From: a virus
Length of the DNA stretch: 64,000 bases
Strand: one strand, 5' to 3'
IMG/VR virus record: IMGVR_UViG_3300022554_000002
Location: 1-64,000 of that record
A program made the position numbers and the translations under genes. The number at the start of each line of letters is the position of its first letter. The first letter of the stretch is position 1. This document shows, in pieces, positions 48,573 through 57,657 of the stretch. The notes under the pieces were generated by a model. That model searched no databases. It was given only the letters and a program-made list of their open reading frames with translations, and was not told where the DNA came from.

Positions 48573-49814
48573 CTACACCAATCGTGTGACACGAAGTGCA
48601 TTACTGTCATATTTCAACACTTCTTCGATAGCTTTATCCCACATATCTACACAGGTTTCCCATGTATACTTTTTCACATCTTCTACGCCCTGTAGAGACT
48701 TTTGTTTTAACTCTTCTCGGTTATCATAGGCTCTTTGAATACAGGCAGTATAATCTTCAAAAGAACCAACTGCACGATGTGTATGAAAACCACCCACATG
48801 CAACGTATATGGGCAGAAATATGAATTTTTCTCATTACAAAAATCAGTATGACCAGAGAAATTGAAAACAATTGGAACTGTGCCTGCGGCCATAGCAGAA
48901 CAAATGGTTAATCCAAATCCTTCACCATTTGCAGGATGAATTAACACGTCAGAAGCGGCAATACTCGCTGCAATCATATTATCAGGCTGATCTTGTGGAA
49001 TCAAGATTAAATTTTTTGTGTCCTGCATAAAGCAACCAAGATCATAGACACCAATCTGCTGACTGATTGCTGCGCTGTGTGTAAATAGTAAAAAAGTAAC
49101 GTCTGCTTTATTTTTCTCAAATCGTTTCCATGCTTCATATTGCAAACCAAGATTTTTACGATCTTGGTTTGCACCAACGAAAATAGCAACAAATTTATTG
49201 ACTAAATTCAACTTACCCCTTGTGACTTGTGCTATTTGTTTCCGTAATTCCTCTTTTCCATTTTTTGGATAATGATATTGATTAAAATCAATACCATATG
49301 GAATAACATCAACTTTTAAATCTGCCCAACGATCTTCAATTACTTTCTTACCATAAAATGCAGGAGAAACAATCTTATCATATGGCTTAAGCGTATCATA
49401 CCACTTCCAATAAGCCGGTTCTCCATCAATTGTAACATAGCCTATAAATTTAATATTTGGAAACTTAGCCTTTAAATGTGGAAGAGTTGAAAATAACCAA
49501 GGATCATGTGAAAAAATGACAACTTCTGGATGAGTACAATTAATAACCTTTTCCATATCATTACAATCAATTATCGACATTACGCCTTGTTTCTTTTCTT
49601 CCTCATTTACTCCCCCTCTACGAGCAGGAATAATTGATATATCAGGTAAAGTCTGTTTTGTTTCAGGCTTAACCTTAGTAATTTCGTCTTCACCAAAACC
49701 AAGCTGAATAATTTGATGTTTAGCTTTCAATCGTGCAATAATATTTCTAGAGACAACTGATTGACCAACATAGGGAATACGTAAGCTATCAGAAATCCAA
49801 AGAACCTTAGCCAT
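48573..49814 (-). CDS. glycosyltransferase family 4
   Basis: VIPYGID, GANQDRKN, EGFGL..AMAAG. Confidence 0.85.
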   Translation of the reverse strand: MAKVLWISDSLRIPYVGQSVVSRNIIARLKAKHQIIQLGFGEDEITKVKPETKQTLPDISIIPARRGGVNEEEKKQGVMSIIDCNDMEKVINCTHPEVVIFSHDPWLFSTLPHLKAKFPNIKFIGYVTIDGEPAYWKWYDTLKPYDKIVSPAFYGKKVIEDRWADLKVDVIPYGIDFNQYHYPKNGKEELRKQIAQVTRGKLNLVNKFVAIFVGANQDRKNLGLQYEAWKRFEKNKADVTFLLFTHSAAISQQIGVYDLGCFMQDTKNLILIPQDQPDNMIAASIAASDVLIHPANGEGFGLTICSAMAAGTVPIVFNFSGHTDFCNEKNSYFCPYTLHVGGFHTHRAVGSFEDYTACIQRAYDNREELKQKSLQGVEDVKKYTWETCVDMWDKAIEEVLKYDSNALRVTRLV

Positions 49815-50372
49815 TTACTTAACCTCACTTTTAGCTTCTTCTAACAACAGTCGTTCTCGCTCAATTCTAGCAGCAAGAATGCATTCCCACCATAACTTTA
49901 TATCTTTTCTATACATTACAACCCAAAAACCACGATGATGATGATAAACAAGACAAACACAAGTAACTTTCTTGTTTTTGTCAAGTAATGACTCTTCTTT
50001 AATTTTTACAGTATTTTTGAATAATGTCAACGCTCGTGGAGGTTTAGTAGGTAGATAATCTAATGTTTTTACCGTACAACCATCCACGAGTCGTTGAGCA
50101 TCTTCGTTATGAAAGACAATTATATCATCACCTAGATTGACAATAGGAACTACATTGATGTTACAGGTAGCTTTTGCTTTTAACCATTGTTTTATAACAA
50201 CATGATAAGAACGATCACGTTTACACTCATTAAAAATAGTAGGATGTGGGCTATCTGCCCTACTCACTCCACTATTTCCACCGCTAAGTGGCAACCTACC
50301 CGATTTTCCTATACCCTTCGCACCCAACCAAACGCCAATACGTGATTCAGCAGCCTTCCACGTCTTTGACAT
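49815..50372 (-). CDS. PD-(D/E)xK nuclease, Holliday junction resolvase-like
   Basis: WK..E.R..SG..AD..IFNECK, adjacent to recombination module. Confidence 0.55.
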   Translation of the reverse strand: MSKTWKAAESRIGVWLGAKGIGKSGRLPLSGGNSGVSRADSPHPTIFNECKRDRSYHVVIKQWLKAKATCNINVVPIVNLGDDIIVFHNEDAQRLVDGCTVKTLDYLPTKPPRALTLFKNTVKIKEESLLDKNKKVTCVCLVYHHHRGFWVVMYRKDIKLWWECILAARIERERLLLEEAKSEVK

Positions 50373-50743
50373 TAAAATCCTTTTTTACCACAGACTGTAC
50401 ATCTACCCTTGTGAATTGCAGATACCCATTTACCATTATTGTGTCGATCAAACTTTACATGTAAACATAAATCTTTGTTTATAAATTCTGATTTAAAATC
50501 TGAAAATAAAGCTGTGTTATCAATAGAAATATATTCTATTTGTCTACCTTCCAATTCATCCCAAGCCTTCTTACATGCTTCATGTAGTCTTGGGTCACTT
50601 AGACCAACTTTAACTGGTGGCAAAGTATAATCTGAACGACGATCAACATAAGGCCAACAATGCAAAGATTTGCATGTACCAAAAAATCTAAATCTCTGTA
50701 CTTGTTTTGACATTCTTGCTAATAAAACTCTACGCTTCCACAT
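50372..50743 (-). CDS. hypothetical protein
   Basis: ORF. Confidence 0.55.
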   Translation of the reverse strand: MWKRRVLLARMSKQVQRFRFFGTCKSLHCWPYVDRRSDYTLPPVKVGLSDPRLHEACKKAWDELEGRQIEYISIDNTALFSDFKSEFINKDLCLHVKFDRHNNGKWVSAIHKGRCTVCGKKGF

Positions 50744-50930
50744 TATCTTTCTCTACCCTTAAAGCTTCTTTTGGTACAATAATTTCATGTATGGCAAAAC
50801 CATTAACACTACTACCGCTAATAAATTTACAACGAACCATACCATCATTATTATGATTAAAAGAAACTACAGTCATAGAAGGACCACCACTTTTTAACAT
50901 AACAACATCACCAAGTTTAATATCATTCAT
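50730..50930 (-). CDS. DUF2158/YodC-like protein
   Basis: GDVVMLKSGGPSMTV. Confidence 0.8.
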   Translation of the reverse strand: MNDIKLGDVVMLKSGGPSMTVVSFNHNNDGMVRCKFISGSSVNGFAIHEIIVPKEALRVEKDNVEA

Positions 50931-51198
50931 TTTTTGGCTCCTTTTGTGTTATTTCATTGTTGGGACCAACAACAAATTCACGCATAGTAACGTCAGCAAA
51001 ATCAAGAATAATCTGACCCTTAAATCCAGAATCCTTGAATGCCATAGCAAACATTTCAACCTGCTCATTAAGATCATCAACATTATCAACGTCAACAAGA
51101 ACCAACAATTTATCATCTGGTCCATATTTTGCTAGTTCAGAAATAGCAATAACTTTCTTAATCTTAGGTTGTCCCTTAATCTGGAATTCTTCTAACAT
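50923..51198 (-). CDS. hypothetical protein
   Basis: SD AAGGAG after promoter. Confidence 0.65.
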   Translation of the reverse strand: MLEEFQIKGQPKIKKVIAISELAKYGPDDKLLVLVDVDNVDDLNEQVEMFAMAFKDSGFKGQIILDFADVTMREFVVGPNNEITQKEPKNE

Positions 51199-51217
51199 AC
51201 TATTCTCCTTTAATCAC

Positions 51218-51245
51218 ATTATACAGCAAAATAAAGATTTGTCAA
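51218..51245 (-). promoter_or_regulatory. sigma70-type promoter (N16)
   Basis: TTGACA-16-TATAAT on minus strand. Confidence 0.85.
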
Positions 51246-51247
51246 GC

Positions 51248-53356
51248 CTAAATCTTTGAAATTGTGGAAAAATCACCTTGTCTTGTAATCTCAATCCTAG
51301 ACATTCCACTTACGTCCATTGGAGTATGTGTTATTACAAATACCTGCTTAAATCCTAGCATATTTCGTAGAGCATTAAATATCAATGTTGACACGGAGTT
51401 ACGATTTGGACCATCCAAAGCACCAAAGATTTCGTCCAACACCAGCATCCGGCATTTGGAATTTACTGACAATACTTTGGACAAAGCCAAACGGAGAGAA
51501 AGAGAAACAAGAATATTACCGCCACCAGAATCTTGAGCAAATAATAATTCTCTGCTATTTTCATAAATTTTAAGGTTAATTTCATCTTTAACCTTCTTCT
51601 CTCGTCTGCCATAGCCACAAGAACACTCATTAGAATCAAATGGTGCACCGCAAACACTGCAATGTGTCTGTTTGGTGGTTATTTCCTTTGTGGTGGTAAA
51701 TTCAAGCTTATTATTGGAACTCACAACACCTAAAATCAAGTTAGCATACTCTTCGATCTTGGATAGGTTATTCTCAACAAGAATAGCAGGAATTCCATCC
51801 TTACCAAGAATAGATGTTACATAACTCCACCTGTAATACTGTTTCTTAGTATCCTCAATCTTCTTATCCAATTCAAGTTTGGAAAGTTCTAATTTATTCT
51901 TGGTATCAATTAATGATTTAACCTGTCCAAGACGTTGATTAGTAATATTCAGGCTACTCTGAACAGTTAAAAGCTCTGTTTTCTTGGTAGTTAGTGTTAA
52001 ATTATCATTTTCACAATTTTGACTGTTTATTAACTGACTTTGAATGTCACTAATTTTTAATAACACATCATTATATTGATCTGACAATGTTTTCTGCAAA
52101 TTGGAAACAGCATTCAATTGCCCTTCTTGTTCTGGAAGTTTATCAATAAATGCTTCTAAGTTTGTCTTTTTTACTTTAATATCGTCTAACATCTTAATCT
52201 TATCTTGTAGTTCATTTACTTTAAAATCAACACTAATACGCTTTGTTTGAAGTTCTCGTAAGTCTTTTTCTAACTTTGCCTTGAAATCTGTGATACGACC
52301 ACCCTTATCACAACTATTTCCATCTACTGGACACACAGCACAATCACCACTAATACAAATCTTATTCAATTGTTGTTGAGTGGATTTTATCTGTCCAACA
52401 ATTTCATTTAAATCATTAATAACACTGCTTAACTCATTACGTAATTCAGCTATCTTCTCATCTAAATTGCTATTATTAGCTAAAAGCTTAACTAAATCCT
52501 GCTTAGATTCGTTTATCAATTCAATATTCTTAGTAATACGATTAATATTAGTAGTCTGCGTCTCAATATTTTGTAAAAGTTGTATTTTTTGTGACTCAAG
52601 AGTAATTAATCGACTATTTAGTTGGGAAATATCAACTTTTGTGCTAGTTTTTGTCTGTAAAATGCTAATTTCATCTTGTAATTTCTGAATTCGTTCTTCA
52701 ATTGCTTTGATTCCAGCTTCTAACGCCGCAACATCTGGAATTACACCAATTTGTGACAACTGAGTTGTAATCTGTGCCAAATTTCCCTGCAAAACACTCA
52801 ACTCAGCCTGCAAAGTTGCCGCTTTAGTTTTAGCCTTAAGGGAAAAACCTTCCCACCGTGACAGGTTTAACCATGTCTGAAGCATCTTACGACGCTCAGA
52901 GGGTAAAGACGCCATGAAACCATGAATGTCATTCTGTTTAAAGAAGTAAGTGTTCTGAAAATCAGCAGCATTCAATCCAATATTTGATAAAAACTCTTTT
53001 TCCTTTTGAGTCTTCGTGCCTGTCAAACCAGAAATATCCAAAATTGGCTTATTGGCAGCAGTTCTACCCCGTTTAATGGTCACGTCCTTACCATCAAGGT
53101 CAAATACTGCCTGAACATACATCTGTTCAGCACCCGTAAAGATCAAATCAACCTCTTTTAGCTGTTTACGAGTTTCACCAAATAGAACATATAAAATACC
53201 TTCTACAAAACTGGACTTACCAGCACGGTTTGATCGTTCAGCATTTGCGGCATATTTACCCTGAACGGCAATAATGCAATCCTTATCATCAAACTCTACA
53301 CTCTGAGTACCTTTGAATGGTCCGTAGTTATGAAATGTTATAGATTTAAGATGCAT
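51248..53356 (-). CDS. SbcC/Rad50/gp46-like SMC ATPase
   Basis: N..GKSS Walker A, FKQ Q-loop, coiled coil with CAVC hook, SGG signature, VLDE.FGALD, VITH. Confidence 0.9.
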   Translation of the reverse strand: MHLKSITFHNYGPFKGTQSVEFDDKDCIIAVQGKYAANAERSNRAGKSSFVEGILYVLFGETRKQLKEVDLIFTGAEQMYVQAVFDLDGKDVTIKRGRTAANKPILDISGLTGTKTQKEKEFLSNIGLNAADFQNTYFFKQNDIHGFMASLPSERRKMLQTWLNLSRWEGFSLKAKTKAATLQAELSVLQGNLAQITTQLSQIGVIPDVAALEAGIKAIEERIQKLQDEISILQTKTSTKVDISQLNSRLITLESQKIQLLQNIETQTTNINRITKNIELINESKQDLVKLLANNSNLDEKIAELRNELSSVINDLNEIVGQIKSTQQQLNKICISGDCAVCPVDGNSCDKGGRITDFKAKLEKDLRELQTKRISVDFKVNELQDKIKMLDDIKVKKTNLEAFIDKLPEQEGQLNAVSNLQKTLSDQYNDVLLKISDIQSQLINSQNCENDNLTLTTKKTELLTVQSSLNITNQRLGQVKSLIDTKNKLELSKLELDKKIEDTKKQYYRWSYVTSILGKDGIPAILVENNLSKIEEYANLILGVVSSNNKLEFTTTKEITTKQTHCSVCGAPFDSNECSCGYGRREKKVKDEINLKIYENSRELLFAQDSGGGNILVSLSLRLALSKVLSVNSKCRMLVLDEIFGALDGPNRNSVSTLIFNALRNMLGFKQVFVITHTPMDVSGMSRIEITRQGDFSTISKI

Positions 53357-53359
53357 TTT

Positions 53360-53581
53360 TTATTTCCATTGAATGGTTTTAGTCAACACAGCTTCTTGTA
53401 ATGGTTTAATTTCACAAAGTATGTATTTTCCACCATCTGAATCAATTTCTTCCAAATTATCATATTCATATTCCCTCTTAAATGCACTTAATATTTCCTC
53501 TTTAGAGTAAAACAACGTCACTCCATCAAGCATAACAATTTCATCACTTTCTAAATCATATACTACATAACCTTTTCTCAT
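53360..53581 (-). CDS. hypothetical protein
   Basis: ORF. Confidence 0.55.
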   Translation of the reverse strand: MRKGYVVYDLESDEIVMLDGVTLFYSKEEILSAFKREYEYDNLEEIDSDGGKYILCEIKPLQEAVLTKTIQWK

Positions 53582-53592
53582 TTTTAAACTCC

Positions 53593-54600
53593 TTATTGCA
53601 TTACCTCATTACAACAATTCAAAATTTCCACTGAATCAGAGATATTCTGTCTCTCAAGGAACAATTTGACAATCTCAATATCAGATTTGGATTCATCTAA
53701 TTCTTTAATTCGTAAATCCTTCTCTTTAACCACATCAAACACAAATCGTAGGTAGTAACAACGCTTTCGTAAATCCTCTTCAAACTTGATATGATCAAAC
53801 TTGTGTGCTTCCGTGTGTGGACAAACAATTGCTACAGAAACAATGTGGTCAGTAACCTGCATATTAGATAATGCTGTTAGCTGTGCTTCTCCATCTGGTG
53901 TTCCATAAAGAATCTTCATTGTGGTTATTGATCTAGAAGGCATAATGACAGGCTGAAATGAATTATCATCTTCTAATAATATAATTCTTGATAATTCATT
54001 GACCTCCTTGGTATTCACTCGTACTGAAGCACCAACAATGTCAATATTCCCATGTTTCTGCACATGGTGAACGTGTCCAGCAAATACATGTTTGACTTTC
54101 TTAGAAACCCACTTGGGAAGGAAGGTATCAACACCCTGTCCTATTTCTTTTTCAATGCCGGGAATTGCACCCTCAATGTCCAAGTGACAAAACGCTATCA
54201 TGTCCTTAGTCAATGCTATTTCCTCAATAGCTTCCATCGTATGAGGAAAGAAAGCATACCTGCCAATAGTCAATGGACTCCAAACAACACTACAAATACC
54301 AGAAGCCTCAACTTCCTGTAATGGTGAACCATGTTTCAGATTTCTCATACCGTCATGGTTGCCATGAAGTACAAATATCTCACCACAACGAGATTCTTTG
54401 TATTCATGCAACATATTGATAAATTGTGCAATGTGTTTATGGCTTACATGAATATTATCAAATATATCACCAAGGAATATTACATCCCTACCCTTGACAT
54501 ATGGAATAATGTTCTTGAGAAAATCAAATATGTCTGGTGTTCGATCACAACCGTCCCAGACTAAACCTATATGAAGATCAGGAATTACAACTGCTGACAT
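53593..54600 (-). CDS. SbcD/Mre11/gp47-like nuclease
   Basis: PDLH, LGDIFD, GNHD, FCH, AGHVH. Confidence 0.9.
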   Translation of the reverse strand: MSAVVIPDLHIGLVWDGCDRTPDIFDFLKNIIPYVKGRDVIFLGDIFDNIHVSHKHIAQFINMLHEYKESRCGEIFVLHGNHDGMRNLKHGSPLQEVEASGICSVVWSPLTIGRYAFFPHTMEAIEEIALTKDMIAFCHLDIEGAIPGIEKEIGQGVDTFLPKWVSKKVKHVFAGHVHHVQKHGNIDIVGASVRVNTKEVNELSRIILLEDDNSFQPVIMPSRSITTMKILYGTPDGEAQLTALSNMQVTDHIVSVAIVCPHTEAHKFDHIKFEEDLRKRCYYLRFVFDVVKEKDLRIKELDESKSDIEIVKLFLERQNISDSVEILNCCNEVMQ

Positions 54601-54623
54601 GGTTTCTCCTATGTCTTAATATT

Positions 54624-54977
54624 CTACCGTAATACCTGATGAAACCTAGCTTTTACTCCATCCAAATTCTTGTCACTAATCTTAGGACAACAACCACAAA
54701 TAGATTCCAAATGAGCAAGCTCCTGCTCAATGTAACGCAACTCAGTACAAATATCAGAATTAACCTTCATAGCCTTATCTAAAAAACAACTTTTCTCTTG
54801 CTCAACAGAACCGCCACACTCAGCCTTCTCTGGAAAAACCCCAACAACACTTTCACGAATAGCCCTTAATCTATCCATAAGATTCTTTAACCGATCCAAT
54901 TGATGAATCTGCTCATTCACCAAAATCTCAAAAATCACCAACTGCTTAGGCTGTTCACAAGATTCCATGACAATCAA
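54624..54977 (-). CDS. hypothetical protein
   Basis: SD AGGAG. Confidence 0.6.
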   Translation of the reverse strand: MIVMESCEQPKQLVIFEILVNEQIHQLDRLKNLMDRLRAIRESVVGVFPEKAECGGSVEQEKSCFLDKAMKVNSDICTELRYIEQELAHLESICGCCPKISDKNLDGVKARFHQVLR

Positions 54978-54990
54978 TCTCCTATACTAG

Positions 54991-55065
54991 TTAGGCGGGA
55001 AGGATTTCTACCTTCATCTTAAGCCCCATCATGGCTTATGTTTTTTGCTATTAAACTACCACCTA
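54991..55065 (-). ncRNA. degenerate tRNA-like cloverleaf (Ile GAT-like)
   Basis: TAGGTGG/CCGCCTA acceptor, GTTT/AAAC D stem, TAAGCC/GGCTTA anticodon stem, GAAGG/CCTTC T stem; T-loop TAGAAAT, no CCA. Confidence 0.55.
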
Positions 55066-55070
55066 AACTC

Positions 55071-56111
55071 TTATTCTTCAATGATCCCATCACCAGAACC
55101 AACCATACCACAAGCAAGCATTACTTCATCCTGTGCTTCTGGTGTATTCATAATATATTCTTTAATTGCATCTTCACCAGTGAAAATATTATCTGGTTTA
55201 GTCTTAATGATCCATGAACGGGTCTTTTCCTTACCATTTTCATCTACAGGATGGCAAATAGCACCTGTGGAACGACCAAGTTCAAAAATCTCACTCTCAG
55301 TATTTATAATACCCTTGTTGTAATCAAGAACGAATTCAGCTTCACGATATGGTGCAGCAACCTTATTCTTCTTCAAGGATACTCGTACTTTATGACCAGT
55401 GATAATATCACCATTCATTACAAATGAATCTTTGTTCTGTAATCGTTCAACCTGAACCATATAATCTGAATAGTGACGAAGGTTTCGTCCATCTGGAACA
55501 ATGTAAGGATTTCGCATCTTCTTCCACTGATCCATTTCCTCATAAACATGTTGTGTAAGGACTACAGTAATATTATTAGGTTTAACCGTTGGAACGATTG
55601 TCTTAAATGCACGAGTAAGGTATCCTGCACCTGAACCGCCCATGATATTATCTGTAGTAGGCTTTTCATCCTTTGGAAATCGAATAGCCCTAACAGAGTC
55701 AATACAAATACATTTAACAGGCAAACCAGCAGCAATCTTCTCCTTGAGTGTAGTATCTACCCAATCAAAGATTTCTGTAGGATTATTTGTCTGTTTTATC
55801 ACTAATCGTTCAGGGTCACCACCAAGTTTAGCAAACCATTCCTTGGAAAGTGAGAATTCAGTATCGAAAAGAATACAAATCCCATCTGGGTATTTCTTCT
55901 GAATCTCAGCCATAAGTATCTGAGCAATCAGAGATTTACCACCAGATTCAGGACCAAATAAAAGAACCCACTTTCCCTCAACAACACCACCATTTCCAAC
56001 AGCCCAATTGCAACTAGGGCTAGGTAGAGGAATCGCAGAAGCTTTAAGTTCCGGCAATTCACTCGCAAGTTTAAATCCTTCTTTCGCAAAAAAGCTCATC
56101 CAATCTGACAT
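55071..56111 (-). CDS. RecA/UvsX-like recombinase
   Basis: GPESGGKS, FDTEFS, CIDSV, KKNKVAAPYR. Confidence 0.9.
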   Translation of the reverse strand: MSDWMSFFAKEGFKLASELPELKASAIPLPSPSCNWAVGNGGVVEGKWVLLFGPESGGKSLIAQILMAEIQKKYPDGICILFDTEFSLSKEWFAKLGGDPERLVIKQTNNPTEIFDWVDTTLKEKIAAGLPVKCICIDSVRAIRFPKDEKPTTDNIMGGSGAGYLTRAFKTIVPTVKPNNITVVLTQHVYEEMDQWKKMRNPYIVPDGRNLRHYSDYMVQVERLQNKDSFVMNGDIITGHKVRVSLKKNKVAAPYREAEFVLDYNKGIINTESEIFELGRSTGAICHPVDENGKEKTRSWIIKTKPDNIFTGEDAIKEYIMNTPEAQDEVMLACGMVGSGDGIIEE

Positions 56112-56114
56112 GAT

Positions 56115-56570
56115 CTATTCTACTCCAAAGTTATCACCGTAAATGATCTTCTTAACAGCCTCATGGTTCATTTTAAACTCTTGGGCCTTGGATTTGTAAA
56201 AATTCATTAATGCTTCTGCCTCTGCTCTCATTTCCAAAGCTGTAATCACATCTGGGTCTTTGGAAACATATTGACCACGAGCAGTTGCAGTATCTTTTTG
56301 ATCACCTAGACAAGAACCAGCTTTGTCTAAAAATGCAATTGAACGAGATAAGTCAAGTGTCGCGTCTATCTTGCCAAAAAGTTCCATAGTAAAGGAGTAA
56401 TAAAGACTCGCCACTCCAAAACCATTAGAACTCCATTCAAGATATTGCGGAGCACTGGCAGGTGTTACAGCCGTTAAATTTCCACACTGCATTAACGGCT
56501 GTAACAACGCTACCTTACTCTTCAACTCGTCCAAACGCAGTCTATAAGCATTCAATTTTTCATGTAACAT
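56115..56570 (-). CDS. hypothetical helical protein, UvsY-like by size and position
   Basis: Between SSB and RecA-like; YVSKDPDV. Confidence 0.45.
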   Translation of the reverse strand: MLHEKLNAYRLRLDELKSKVALLQPLMQCGNLTAVTPASAPQYLEWSSNGFGVASLYYSFTMELFGKIDATLDLSRSIAFLDKAGSCLGDQKDTATARGQYVSKDPDVITALEMRAEAEALMNFYKSKAQEFKMNHEAVKKIIYGDNFGVE

Positions 56571-56573
56571 TTT

Positions 56574-57581
56574 TTACTGTGGTTTCTGTAAAACCTTTGC
56601 CTCAAATGCTGCCAATTGGTCATTACTATTAACAACATTGGATGCAACAGTAGGAACAGCAGACGTAGCATTATCAGGTTTTGCAATCATTGCTGGTGGT
56701 GGAGGTACTGCCATAGGTGCTGTTGGAGCAGCAGCTACGGGAGCACCACCATAAACAGCCTGTGGAACAGCAGCAGGAGCACCGGCCTGTGAACCACCCT
56801 GACCAGCACGTGCCTCTGCAATCTTGGCTTCAACTAAAGCTTTCATTTCAGCAGGAGTCTTTTTCTGCTCTAGAAGATATTCACGAAGATTATACATATT
56901 GGTCTGAGCCAATGCAACTAAAGCTTCATCTAACATAGCCTTCTGCGGGAATGGCTGCAATAAAGTTTCATAATACACCTTGCCGCCCTTACCCGTCTGT
57001 TTTACTTTACTAACGAAAATAATATTACCACCAGCAGGGTCAGTCACATCACCATTGAAAGGCATTGCTGAAGCAAGCTGACGTTGAACCTTCTGACCAC
57101 CACGATAAATGAAAGGCTTCGTAGAAGTTACACCCTTTGGAACCTTTTCACCCATTGGTGCTTTGAAAACAGCCTTACAAGTCACAATCAAACCCGTAGG
57201 AAGTTGCACAGGCTGAGTCAACTGTGTCCAATTCAGCCAAGGAATGATGTTAAACAGAAAACTCTTGCGTTTGTAGATTTCAGCACTGATACCAGCGGCA
57301 ACAACATCACCAGCCTGACCAGCCTTGTACAACCGTTGATTCTCTGTGCAGATTGGGCATACTTCACCAAATGAAGCCAAACAAACAGCAGGAGTACTTA
57401 AATTGTAATGCATGAAATATTCCAACCAAGGAACATTTTCACCCTGAAGTGGGGGAAGGAACCAAACGCCATGCTGACCTTCCTCTGGAACTATCCAAAG
57501 ACGCGGATCAAGAGTCTTTTCACCATTTTCATCACGATCCACTGCCGCCTTGACTGCACCAACATCTGTCTTTCCAAACAT
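56574..57581 (-). CDS. gp32-like single-stranded DNA-binding protein
   Basis: WFLPP..HY..CL..CPIC..F.FNII; Ala/Pro-rich tail. Confidence 0.75.
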   Translation of the reverse strand: MFGKTDVGAVKAAVDRDENGEKTLDPRLWIVPEEGQHGVWFLPPLQGENVPWLEYFMHYNLSTPAVCLASFGEVCPICTENQRLYKAGQAGDVVAAGISAEIYKRKSFLFNIIPWLNWTQLTQPVQLPTGLIVTCKAVFKAPMGEKVPKGVTSTKPFIYRGGQKVQRQLASAMPFNGDVTDPAGGNIIFVSKVKQTGKGGKVYYETLLQPFPQKAMLDEALVALAQTNMYNLREYLLEQKKTPAEMKALVEAKIAEARAGQGGSQAGAPAAVPQAVYGGAPVAAAPTAPMAVPPPPAMIAKPDNATSAVPTVASNVVNSNDQLAAFEAKVLQKPQ

Positions 57582-57629
57582 TTTACTTCTCCTTATTTAA
57601 ACTTGCGCAACACGCGCATCCTTACTTAT

Positions 57630-57657
57630 ATTATAAAGGTACCACGCTATCTGTCAA
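57630..57657 (-). promoter_or_regulatory. sigma70-type promoter (N16)
   Basis: TTGACA-16-TATAAT on minus strand; TGA stop of pol lies in the -35 box. Confidence 0.85.
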
